Shown in pieces: positions 49,318-57,943 of a stretch of DNA of 62,663 nucleotides (its first letter is position 1; the number at the start of each line of letters is the position of its first letter). The notes under the pieces were generated by a model. It saw only the letters and a program-made list of their open reading frames with translations, was not told where the DNA came from and made no database searches. The stretch comes from Candidatus Tectimicrobiota bacterium. GTDB lineage: Bacteria > JACPUC01. The stretch lies in the NCBI GenBank assembly GCA_016192455.1, contig JACPUC010000004.1, positions 1 to 62,663 of the forward strand, read 5' to 3'. Made by a program: the position numbers and the translations under genes.

Positions 49318-49345
49318 GTAGGGGCGGTTCGCGAACCGCCCTTAC
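49318..49345. repeat. REP copy (1 mismatch to the RAYT-internal REP)
   Basis: GTAGGGGCGGTTCGCGAACCGCCCTTAC. Confidence 0.9.
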
Positions 49346-49578
49346 GGTCGAGGGGATGAGAGCCTGCCGAGAAAGAAGTGTTCGCTTCTTTTCATGACCT
49401 TGCGGGCAGGCAGGAGGCCCATGGGGAACTGCCGGGCGAGGCGGCAGCCTTCGGCTTCTCCGTCTTGGTACATGGAGGGCGCCGCGCAGAGTTGCGTGGT
49501 GCTTCGGGTTGCGGGAGTGACAGGGCCCAGGAGCAGGACGGCCCCGCCGCTGGACTGGCGGAGCGCCGGCGGGCGGGA

Positions 49579-50529
49579 TCACCGTGAGGGATCGTTGGCG
49601 GCGACGCACGCGAGCCTGCCGCCCCCAAGCCGGTAGGAGTGCTGGTCAGCCAGGGTGGCGGCGTTCGCTTCCTCAATCTCCCAGCCGGTGGCCGCGGCGC
49701 GGCGATGCCAATGCACCTCGAATCCGTCCGCCGCGATGCCGACGTGGGTCAAGGCAAGCTCCGCGGCGCCTCGATGCCGGCGCATGAAAGGGGGCTTCGT
49801 GCTGAGGTGGAAGAGTCGGCTCTGGTCGTGATCGCGGAAGAACGTCGAGCGGTGGACGTGGCCATAGAGATAGAGGACGGGGGCGGGGTAGCCGGCGAGG
49901 AGCGCGCGCAAGCGCTGCGCGCCGCGCAGGCGCCGGCCCGGCCGCAGGGAGTAGAGCGGCGTCCGCGTCAACAGCGGGTAATGCCCGGCGGCAATGAGGG
50001 GCCGCCCCTCGCGCGCCAGCTCCTCAAGGAGGCCCGCAGCCGTGCTCAGGTCCCTCTCGGTGACCGCTCCGCGCGCCGAGAAGGGGTTCGGACGCGCTTC
50101 ATCGAGGAGCAGCACGGGGTTGCCCGATCTCGTCCGGAGCAGGTGCGGCCAGCCATCCTTGGGGCAGAACGGCGCCAGCATGCCTTCCAAGAGGCGCCGG
50201 CGGGTGGACCGGAAGGTGTAGCGATCGTGGTTCCCCGGCACGAGCGCCACCTTCACGCCTGCCTGCTCGACCTGGGCCAGGAACTCCGCCGCCTGGGCAA
50301 ACTCCTCGCCCATCGCCGTCGAGGTGAAGTCTCCCGTGATGAGAAGGAGCGGCGCCCCCACTTCCTTGAGGTGGCTGATGAGTTCGGCGCCACCGCTGTG
50401 GTCAAAGTGGCGCCGCCGGTGGAAGAGGACGTTGAGCTGACCGACGGCCCGCTTGCCAAGCAGACGAAAAGGGTTCGCGGTAAGACTCCAGAAGTGCAGG
50501 TCGGTGATATGAATAATGGCGTCCAACAT
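49579..50529 (-). CDS. Calcineurin-like metallophosphoesterase
   Basis: TDLH, TGDFT, PGNHD, GHYP, GHVH. Confidence 0.9.
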   Translation of the reverse strand: MLDAIIHITDLHFWSLTANPFRLLGKRAVGQLNVLFHRRRHFDHSGGAELISHLKEVGAPLLLITGDFTSTAMGEEFAQAAEFLAQVEQAGVKVALVPGNHDRYTFRSTRRRLLEGMLAPFCPKDGWPHLLRTRSGNPVLLLDEARPNPFSARGAVTERDLSTAAGLLEELAREGRPLIAAGHYPLLTRTPLYSLRPGRRLRGAQRLRALLAGYPAPVLYLYGHVHRSTFFRDHDQSRLFHLSTKPPFMRRHRGAAELALTHVGIAADGFEVHWHRRAAATGWEIEEANAATLADQHSYRLGGGRLACVAANDPSR

Positions 50530-50775
50530 AACCTTCCCCCGTTCGGGGGTCTCTTCCCATTGCGATCACAGACTTCGCCACCTGGGAACGGCAGCGCGAG
50601 TCACTTCGGAGAGACTTGCAGACGACCGGCGCGCTCCCTGCCCGCCTTCTTCCCCCTGCCCCTGTGGCGCGAGCTACGCGTCAGTATAGGCACAACCTTG
50701 GCCAAAAGAAAGGCTCATCCGGGCCGCGCGGCACGGCGCGGCGGCGGAAGCCCCTCGTCGGCGGACGGGCAGCCC

Positions 50776-51435
50776 TCACTCACCCTCGCCGCGGGTGATG
50801 AGCACCACCCTGGGCCATCCCGGCTCGCAGATCCAGTAGCCGGAGAGGGCGATCTCCGCCTCTTGGCGATGGGCGTCGGCGCGCGTCTCCACGACGAGGT
50901 CGAGCAGCCGCTGCTCGGCGGGGAGAAGATGGCGGCGCGGGTAAGCGAGACCCCGGCTGCCGACGCGCCGGCGCAGCAGGCCGTGATCGAAGATGCTGAC
51001 GACGGCCGGGCAGGCGCGCAGCAGACGATAGGCAAGGGCCTCGTGGGAGACATTGGTGAAGGAGGCCTTCAGGTCGCGCAGGTTGGCGGCGCAGGCGCGC
51101 AGGAGGGGCTCGAACCAGCGGCGCGGCATGAGCAGCTCCGAGGCGCCGAACATGGCGGCCCGGTGACGCTCCTGCACCGGCTCCGCGGGGAAGCACTCGG
51201 CGAGGCAGAGCTCGCAGACCTCATGCGCCAGGGTGAAGTGCTGGCGTTCGGGGCGCTCCGCCGGGTTCAGGAAGATGATGCCGCGCTGCGCGTCGGCCAT
51301 GCCGGTCTCCACCCCGCCGTCCCAGCGCACCTCGTAGTCCAGCGCCGCGGCGACGCGAAAGGCGTCCACCGGCGGTCCGGCGATGCCCGCGATGTCGAGC
51401 AAATCCGAGCTGATGTGCCGCATCTCACTGTACAT
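50776..51435 (-). CDS. ImmA/IrrE-like metallopeptidase (variant motif HEVCE)
   Basis: PPVDAF..A, IFLN....ERQHFTLAHE, GASELLMP, VSHEALAYRL; overlaps the upstream XRE gene. Confidence 0.8.
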   Translation of the reverse strand: MYSEMRHISSDLLDIAGIAGPPVDAFRVAAALDYEVRWDGGVETGMADAQRGIIFLNPAERPERQHFTLAHEVCELCLAECFPAEPVQERHRAAMFGASELLMPRRWFEPLLRACAANLRDLKASFTNVSHEALAYRLLRACPAVVSIFDHGLLRRRVGSRGLAYPRRHLLPAEQRLLDLVVETRADAHRQEAEIALSGYWICEPGWPRVVLITRGEGE

Positions 51436-52021
51436 CGGAGGGTTCCTTCCCGGCCCGCAACTGCGCCACATAGGCGATGACCTGCTCCATGCGGGCCTCG
51501 TCGAGATCGGCCAGGGCGACGAGGAGCTCGCGGAGCTTGCTCGCGCCGCGGCGATACCGTTCGAGCTCCGCCGCGCAGCGCGCCTTCGACGGCGACCCAC
51601 CCTGCCGGGCCAGGCGGCCGGATGCCCAGGCTTTCAGGTGCTCCCACTCATGCGCCAAGAGGTCCGCGCTGACTCTCGGATCATCGGCGAGGGCCTGCAG
51701 GCCGGGTTGCTGCTCGTAGACCTGCAGGTCCAGGGCGAGGTTGGCCACCGCGCTCTCCCACAGGCCGCGCAGGCGCTGGGGAGAGGATGAAGCAGGGCTC
51801 GGCGGCGACTCAGCGCTCTCGGCGATCAGCTCGCCGACCGGCACCTCGAGCACCGCGGCCAGGCGGCGCAAGGTCTTCAGCGTCGGGTTGCAGAGCTTGC
51901 CGTGCTCCAGGCGGCTCAGGAACGTCTCCGGAATGCCGCTCTGCAAGGCGAGCTCCCGTTGCTTCAGGCCGCGGCGCTTGCGCATGCGACGAATCGTGGA
52001 GCCGATCTCTCCGGCAACCAT
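51425..52021 (-). CDS. XRE-family HTH transcriptional regulator with C-terminal extension
   Basis: IRRMRKRRGLKQRELA..SGI...FLSRLEHG...NPTLKTLRRLA; GGAGGA RBS. Confidence 0.9.
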   Translation of the reverse strand: MVAGEIGSTIRRMRKRRGLKQRELALQSGIPETFLSRLEHGKLCNPTLKTLRRLAAVLEVPVGELIAESAESPPSPASSSPQRLRGLWESAVANLALDLQVYEQQPGLQALADDPRVSADLLAHEWEHLKAWASGRLARQGGSPSKARCAAELERYRRGASKLRELLVALADLDEARMEQVIAYVAQLRAGKEPSDVQ

Positions 52022-52062
52022 GGGACTCCTCCCGCCCCACAGGGCACGCAAAAGCAAAAAAC

Positions 52063-52103
52063 TTGACATCTATGGCAAATTTCTCCTATATTCCAAAATA
52101 TAG
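52063..52103 (+). promoter_or_regulatory. Sigma70 promoter overlapped by a perfect inverted-repeat operator
   Basis: TTGACA-N18-TATATT; CTATATT-CCAA-AATATAG at 52086-52103. Confidence 0.65.
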
Positions 52104-52220
52104 ACTTTATGCTTTAACTAATCAACACAATAGTTCGCCGGAGTTGCGGGACGCTGTGCTCCTTTCCCAATCTGCCGGAAACGGCAGCTCGAGCTGATCG
52201 CGACGCAAGGTGGGGTACTC

Positions 52221-52538
52221 ATGGGTGGAGGAGATGGGAGTATGGAACGAAGGGTGCAGGGAAGCAGCAGGGGGAGGATCGATTCCACGATGCACGATCA
52301 GGACGTGCCCGTTCCTTTACTCGCCATGATTCAAGGGTTGCTCTTGGAAAAATTTGACGCCCCGGAGACGGCCTGCGGCATTTGGCCGGGACACGGCCAT
52401 CCCCCCTTGGAAGTGGATGGGATTCGCTGCGAGGGTCTGGTCGAGAAGGGCCGCCTGGTGTGGGCCGCGATCACCTGGCGGAACGGTTTCAAGAACACCT
52501 ACAAGCTGCGGGACGGGGAGTGGGTGCGGGTGAAGTAG
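52221..52538 (+). CDS. Small hypothetical protein divergent from the XRE regulator (start may be 52242 or 52290)
   Basis: Globular-looking C-terminus (LVWAAITWRNGFKNTYKLRDGEWVRVK), RBS-like sites, promoter upstream. Confidence 0.6.
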   Translation: MGGGDGSMERRVQGSSRGRIDSTMHDQDVPVPLLAMIQGLLLEKFDAPETACGIWPGHGHPPLEVDGIRCEGLVEKGRLVWAAITWRNGFKNTYKLRDGEWVRVK

Positions 52539-52597
52539 GAAGCTGGCGGGCAGGACCGGCAGGGCCGGGGAGGCACACACCCCATGCCCCGCGAGGC

Positions 52598-52625
52598 GTA
52601 GGGGCGGTTCGCGAACCGCCCCTAC
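52598..52625. repeat. REP copy identical to the RAYT-internal REP
   Basis: GTAGGGGCGGTTCGCGAACCGCCCCTAC. Confidence 0.92.
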
Positions 52626-52725
52626 CATTCGGGGTGCGAGAGGGCACAGTGCTCCGGCGCGAAAAAGCTGCCCACGATTTGATCAAGACCTTGCAGAATA
52701 GCTGACGCCAGTGCAACAGACGGCG

Positions 52726-53688
52726 CTACCCCAGCTTCAGGACCTTCGCGGCGTTGCCGCCCAGGATGCCGTCGATCTGGGCCTTCTCGAGGGGCAGGGC
52801 GCGGAGGCGCTCGATGAACGCCTTCAGCTCGCCGCCGGTGCGGATTTCTTGGGGGTAATCGCTGCCGAAGAGGATGTGCTCGGCTGGCAGCTCGAGGAGG
52901 GCGGCCTTCGTGGGGTTGATGGCCCCCGCGAAGCCGGCGGTGTCGAAGCGCAGCAGGGCGAGTTGGTCGGCGAAGCTGGGGCCGGTCTCGGCGCCGCCCG
53001 TGCCCCAGAACGACCTGTCCTCGAAGGAGCGGATGCGCCCCAGAAGCCCGGCGATGGAGCCGCCGAGGTGCGCGAAGACGAAGCGCAGGCCGGGGAAACG
53101 CCGCAGCACGCCCCCCTTGATGAGGCGCATGACGGCCAGGGTGAGGCCGAACTCGCGCCCGACGCTGCGGGCGAGGTCGAAGTCGGCCAGGTGCTCGTGG
53201 CCGAGGGGGAGGAGCGCCGGATGAATGAAGATCGGCACGTCGAGCTCGGCCACCGTGGCGTAGAAGGGGTCGAGCCGGGCGTCCTCGAGCGTCACGTCGC
53301 CGATATGCGCGGTGATGGCGGCGCCGCGCAAGCCGAGATCCTGAACGCCCCGGCGCAGCTCCCCGAGGGCGCTCTCGCCCCCCAGGGGAGGCGTATGGGC
53401 CAGTCCCACGAAGCGCCCGGGATGCTCCTTCGCAAGCCGCCCGAGGGTGTCGTTGACGAGGCGACAATCCTCGAGGGGGGCGTCCCATCCGCCGGCCGAG
53501 GAGAGCACGGAGGTGTCGATGCCCGCCTCGTCCATGGCGCGCAGGCGTTCTTCCACCGCGTAGAGGCGGCTGTGCAGGGAGTAGACCGGGATGCCGTGGC
53601 GGTAGATCACCGTCACCGCCTTGCCCGGCTCCGCCTGGCGCTCAACGATCTGGCGCGGGGTGAAGTGCGTTTGGAAATCGACGATCAT
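52726..53688 (-). CDS. Amidohydrolase_2 (ACMSD/LigW-like) protein
   Basis: IVDFQTH, PIFIHP, FAHLGG, FDTA, LFGSDYP, GGNA. Confidence 0.9.
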   Translation of the reverse strand: MIVDFQTHFTPRQIVERQAEPGKAVTVIYRHGIPVYSLHSRLYAVEERLRAMDEAGIDTSVLSSAGGWDAPLEDCRLVNDTLGRLAKEHPGRFVGLAHTPPLGGESALGELRRGVQDLGLRGAAITAHIGDVTLEDARLDPFYATVAELDVPIFIHPALLPLGHEHLADFDLARSVGREFGLTLAVMRLIKGGVLRRFPGLRFVFAHLGGSIAGLLGRIRSFEDRSFWGTGGAETGPSFADQLALLRFDTAGFAGAINPTKAALLELPAEHILFGSDYPQEIRTGGELKAFIERLRALPLEKAQIDGILGGNAAKVLKLG

Positions 53689-53870
53689 GGCTGCTCCCTC
53701 TTGGCAGGATCAGGAGGGCAGGGAAGCCCTTGGCCCAGAGACTCCCAGCGTGAGGTGGCGGCGGCAAGGACGGCGCCGGGGGGATGACGCCGGCCCGCGC
53801 GCTCCGCCCCCTGTCGTCGCCGGGCTGAAAGAGCGCCTCCCCCGGCCTGGCGAGGGCTGACTGGGTGGCG

Positions 53871-53900
53871 ATTGTAAGGAGCGCTGCAAGGCTTTGTCAA
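53871..53900 (-). promoter_or_regulatory. Sigma70 promoter for the amidohydrolase
   Basis: TTGACA-N18-TACAAT. Confidence 0.6.
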
Positions 53901-53980
53901 CGCAGCCGCGCTCGGCCCCCGGCTGCCTGCCGCGACTCGGCGGCGGGGGGGATCGGCTGTTTCGCGGGTCGCCGCGCGCC

Positions 53981-55144
53981 TCAGCGCGGGAAGCGCAGCG
54001 GCCCCTCGATCGCGGCGCCGCCGAGGCGCGTCGGAGCCAGCGTGAAGTGATCCGGAAAGATGCGCAGGTCGAGGTAGTGATCGTAGCGGTGCTCGGGCGG
54101 ATTGTAGCCCAAGACATACTTCAGCTCCGCCGGGGGGAGGCAGCGGTCGTAGCCGACGACGAAGTCGTTGTGACAGCCGCCGGTTCCCAGGCTGCCGGCA
54201 AGACCGCTGATGACGTGCAGGGTGCCGTCAAGGAGCTTGCGGGCATAGAGGTGCTGGTCGCCCGCGATGACCAGATTCACCCGGTAGCGGCGCAGGAGCG
54301 GCTGGATGAGGTTCCGGCGGTAGGTGGCCGAGTAAAGGGGGCGGTGCGAGAGGAGGATGATGAAGGCGCGGTCGCCGCCTCGATCCGTCTGACGCGCCGC
54401 GCGCAGGGTCTCTTCCAGCCAGCGGTGCTGGGCGTTGCGCTGGCTCAGCGGGTCGCACGCCGCCTCGGCCCCGCACTGGGTGCGGCGTTCCCCGGCGGCG
54501 TACTGATCGGGGTTGTGGAGGACGACCACCACGAGGCGCTGGCCGCGGATGCGCCGTTCCAGGTAGTAGTAGTAGCCGCCGCGGGGGCGGCCGTCGCGAC
54601 CCGCGCAGGCATCGCGCCCATGCGGCAGCGCGCGCAGGTGCTCGGCAAGCTCGAAGAACGCCGCGAAGCGCCCTTCGCAGTACTCCTCATCGCCCCCGCT
54701 GGTCGGGAAAAATTTCTCCCATAACCGACTGGCGTCGTCACGGCGCAAGAGGTCGCGGTAGCTTTCCGGGGGGTCGTAGCGGACGAAATCACCGGCGTGC
54801 AGGATGAGATCAATCTCCTCGGCCTGCTTCCAGAGGTGCTCGATGAGCTTCGGGAGGAAAGGGTTGGGCATCATCCTGCCGATGATCGGAAGAGGCCGTC
54901 CGCCGATCGACTCGTCATCGCCATAGGCGACGAGGCGGATGGGGCGCGGGGCCGCCGTGGGCGCCGCCTGGGTCGCCGCTGTCCCCTGCGCCGCCGCCGC
55001 GGGGAGCGCGAAGAAGGCCGCGCCCCTCCCCGCCAGGACCAAGGCGAGCACCATCACGGCCGCCGGCGCTCCGCCGAGCGCCCGCAGGGGATGCCGCCGC
55101 CGGCAGCCGGTCGCCCGCCGCTCAACTCTCCGCCGCTGCTGCAT
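53981..55144 (-). CDS. Exported metallophosphoesterase-like protein with variant motifs
   Basis: Hydrophobic signal; AYGD, HAGDFV, GGDEE, SHRP, GDQHLY. Confidence 0.8.
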   Translation of the reverse strand: MQQRRRVERRATGCRRRHPLRALGGAPAAVMVLALVLAGRGAAFFALPAAAAQGTAATQAAPTAAPRPIRLVAYGDDESIGGRPLPIIGRMMPNPFLPKLIEHLWKQAEEIDLILHAGDFVRYDPPESYRDLLRRDDASRLWEKFFPTSGGDEEYCEGRFAAFFELAEHLRALPHGRDACAGRDGRPRGGYYYYLERRIRGQRLVVVVLHNPDQYAAGERRTQCGAEAACDPLSQRNAQHRWLEETLRAARQTDRGGDRAFIILLSHRPLYSATYRRNLIQPLLRRYRVNLVIAGDQHLYARKLLDGTLHVISGLAGSLGTGGCHNDFVVGYDRCLPPAELKYVLGYNPPEHRYDHYLDLRIFPDHFTLAPTRLGGAAIEGPLRFPR

Positions 55145-55463
55145 GGACAGAATGCTCCCGACCAGCGAAGAGATGTGCCTCGAGATGCGCCTCCCCCCTC
55201 AGCCAAGGGTGCGGCGCTCCCCGCTCTCCGTTTCACTCCCCTCCCCTGTATCATTGCCAGCGGGCGCTCGGAATGCAATCGCCGCGTTGCAGCGCCCTTC
55301 CTCCTGAGCTATACAGGAAGGAGCATCCCTTTGCGAATTGGAACGGCGGGGGCGCGCCGGGGAGAGAAGCTCTTGCGTCCCCTCGGCTTCGCCCAGGTTC
55401 TCGACAGGGCCCTTCGAGGGGTCGTGGGCGCGGCATGGTCCGCGGTCCCGTGAGCAATCCGCC

Positions 55464-56291
55464 ATGAATCGCCACTCCATCGCAGCCTTACTGCGGCGTC
55501 TCTACGAGCGGCAGGTCACCCCCGAATCGGCCCTGGAGGAGCTGCGCCACCTCCCCTATGCCGACCTGGGGTTCGCCGCCATTGACCACCACCGCGTCCT
55601 GCGCAAAGGCTTCCCGGAGGTCGTCTACGGCGAAGGGAAGTCGGTGGAGCAGCTCGAGGCGATCATCCGGCACCTGGCGGAGCGCGGCAGCGATATCCTG
55701 GCGACGCGCCTGCCGCCGGAGGTCGCGGCGCGCCTCACCGCCGTTCTGCCCGCGGCGGAGTACTCCCCCACCGCCCGCACCCTGCGCCTGCGCCAGGGCG
55801 CGCCTCCGCCGGGGGTCGGCAAGGTCCTCGTCGTGGCCGCCGGCACGGCCGACCTGCCGGTGGCGGAGGAGGCGGCCGTCACCGCCGACACCCTCGGCAG
55901 CGCCACCGAACGCCTCTACGATGTGGGGGTGGCCGGCATCCATCGGCTGCTCGACCGCCGCGCCCTCCTGGAGGCCGCCCGCGTCCTGGTGGTCGTGGCG
56001 GGCATGGACGGCGCCCTGCCGAGCGTTATCGGCGGGCTGGTCGAGCGCCCCGTGATCGCCGTGCCGACGAGCGTGGGCTACGGCGCCAGCTTCGGCGGCC
56101 TGGCGGCGCTCCTCGCCATGCTCAATAGCTGCGCCTCGGGCATCGCCGTGGTGAACATCGACAACGGCTTCGGCGCCGGTTTCATGGCGCACAGCATCAA
56201 CACCCTGCCGGCCCTACCCGAACCGCAGCCCGAGGCCAAGGTCGGCCAGCAGGCGGCGGCAACCGGGAATGACGCGCCGCACCTTCCCTGA
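55464..56291 (+). CDS. larB: Nickel-pincer cofactor biosynthesis protein LarB
   Basis: DHHR..RKGFPEVVYGEGK, AGTADLPVAEEA, DVGVAGIHRL, PTSVGYGA, VVNIDNGFGA. Confidence 0.93.
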   Translation: MNRHSIAALLRRLYERQVTPESALEELRHLPYADLGFAAIDHHRVLRKGFPEVVYGEGKSVEQLEAIIRHLAERGSDILATRLPPEVAARLTAVLPAAEYSPTARTLRLRQGAPPPGVGKVLVVAAGTADLPVAEEAAVTADTLGSATERLYDVGVAGIHRLLDRRALLEAARVLVVVAGMDGALPSVIGGLVERPVIAVPTSVGYGASFGGLAALLAMLNSCASGIAVVNIDNGFGAGFMAHSINTLPALPEPQPEAKVGQQAAATGNDAPHLP

Positions 56292-56415
56292 CGCCGCGGC
56301 GCCTGGCGCAGCCGCTCTTGACCTCCCAGGAGAGAATCAAGTATCCCTGTGCTATGCCGAAGCGCCGGAGGCTCTCCGCACCCTCCCTTCCCCACCGCCT
56401 GCGCGAGGTGACGCC

Positions 56416-57288
56416 GTGATCGCCTTTGACTACCACGCCCCCGAAAGCCTGCAGGAGGCGGTGCGCCTGCTCGATCAGTTTGCGGGAACGGCGCGCGTCG
56501 TCGCCGGCGGCACCGACCTGATGGTGACCTGCCGGCTGCGCGGCCTGGGGCCGCAGCATGTCATCAGCCTGCGGCGGGTGGAGAACCTCGACGTCGTTCG
56601 GAGGGACGAGGCGACCGGCCGGGTGCGGATCGGGGCCTTCGCGACGCTCCGCCAGATTGAACGCTCGCCCCTGCTGCGCGAGCGCTGCGCCGGGCTCGTC
56701 GAGGCGGCGCACAAGGTCGGCTCCATCCCGGTGCGCAACCTGGCGACGATCGGCGGCAACCTCTGCAACGCCTCGCCCTCGGCGGAAACCGCGCCGCCCT
56801 TGCTCGCCGCGGCCGCCACGGTGACGCTGACGGGACCGGGCGGTCAGCGCGCGATCCCCCTCGAGCAGTTCTTCCTCGGCCCAGGCAAGACGGCGCTGCA
56901 GCCGAACGAGGTGCTCACCGAGGTGAGCCTCCTGGCGGACGGCGCCGGCGCGGCGAGCATGTATGAGCGCCAGTGCATCCGGCGCTTTAAGGACATCGCC
57001 CTCGTCGGCGTGGGGGCGCGCCTGGCGCTGGACGGCGCGGGCCGCTGCCAGGCGGTGGGGCTTGCCCTGGGGGCCGTGGCCCCGACGCCCCTGCCGGTGC
57101 CGGCCGCGGCTGACCTCCTGCTCGGCCAACAGCTCAGCGATGCCCGCATCGCCGAGGTGGCGGCAGCGGCCCGCGCCGCCGCCAAACCGATTACCGACAT
57201 TCGCGCCTCGGCAGAGTACCGGAGCGCCATGGTCGAGGTGCTGACGATCCGTGTGCTGCGCGCGCTGCGCGAGGCGCTGCGGAACTAG
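56416..57288 (+). CDS. Xanthine dehydrogenase/CoxM-family FAD subunit
   Basis: AGGTDL, RNLATIGGNLCNASP, DIRASAEYR. Confidence 0.93.
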   Translation: MIAFDYHAPESLQEAVRLLDQFAGTARVVAGGTDLMVTCRLRGLGPQHVISLRRVENLDVVRRDEATGRVRIGAFATLRQIERSPLLRERCAGLVEAAHKVGSIPVRNLATIGGNLCNASPSAETAPPLLAAAATVTLTGPGGQRAIPLEQFFLGPGKTALQPNEVLTEVSLLADGAGAASMYERQCIRRFKDIALVGVGARLALDGAGRCQAVGLALGAVAPTPLPVPAAADLLLGQQLSDARIAEVAAAARAAAKPITDIRASAEYRSAMVEVLTIRVLRALREALRN

Positions 57289-57307
57289 CCAAGGAGAGCC
57301 TGCCGCC

Positions 57308-57823
57308 ATGTCTCAGGGTACGAGCCTACGACCAGCGCGACGCCTCGCCCGGCTGACGGTGAACCGCGAGACGCAGGAGGTGCTGGTCGCCCCCTCCGAA
57401 TCGCTGTTGGAGACCCTGCGCGACGGGCTGCGCCTCACCGGCACGAAGCGCGGCTGCGATACCGGCGACTGCGGCGCCTGCACCGTGCTCGTCGACGGGG
57501 CGCCCGTCGTCTCCTGCCTGGCCCTCAGCCTGAACCTGGAGGGACGTTCCATTACCACCGTCGAGGGGCTGGCGCAGAACGGGCGGCTCACACCCTTGCA
57601 GCAGGCGTTCATCGACTCCGGCGCCGTGCAGTGCGGCTTCTGCACCCCCGGCATGCTCATGTCGGCAACGGCGCTGCTGGCGGAGGAGCGCAGCCCGTCC
57701 GAGGCGGCGATCCGCGACGCCATCGCCGGCAACCTCTGCCGCTGCACCGGCTATATCAAGATCGTCGAGGCGATCCAGGCGGCCGCGCACCAGGGGGCGC
57801 CGAACGCGTCGCTGGTTTCTTGA
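57308..57823 (+). CDS. Xanthine dehydrogenase/CoxS-family 2x[2Fe-2S] subunit
   Basis: GC..GDCGAC, QCGFCTPG, NLCRCTGY. Confidence 0.95.
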   Translation: MSQGTSLRPARRLARLTVNRETQEVLVAPSESLLETLRDGLRLTGTKRGCDTGDCGACTVLVDGAPVVSCLALSLNLEGRSITTVEGLAQNGRLTPLQQAFIDSGAVQCGFCTPGMLMSATALLAEERSPSEAAIRDAIAGNLCRCTGYIKIVEAIQAAAHQGAPNASLVS

Positions 57824-57943
57824 AGACCGGCGCCGGGCTGCCCTCGAATCACCAACATCGCCACGTCGGCAGCGCATCGCGCCGCGCCCCCCGGCAGGGG
57901 CCTCCTGGCCGGGGCGCGGATTCCGGGAGAAAGGGGAGCGACC

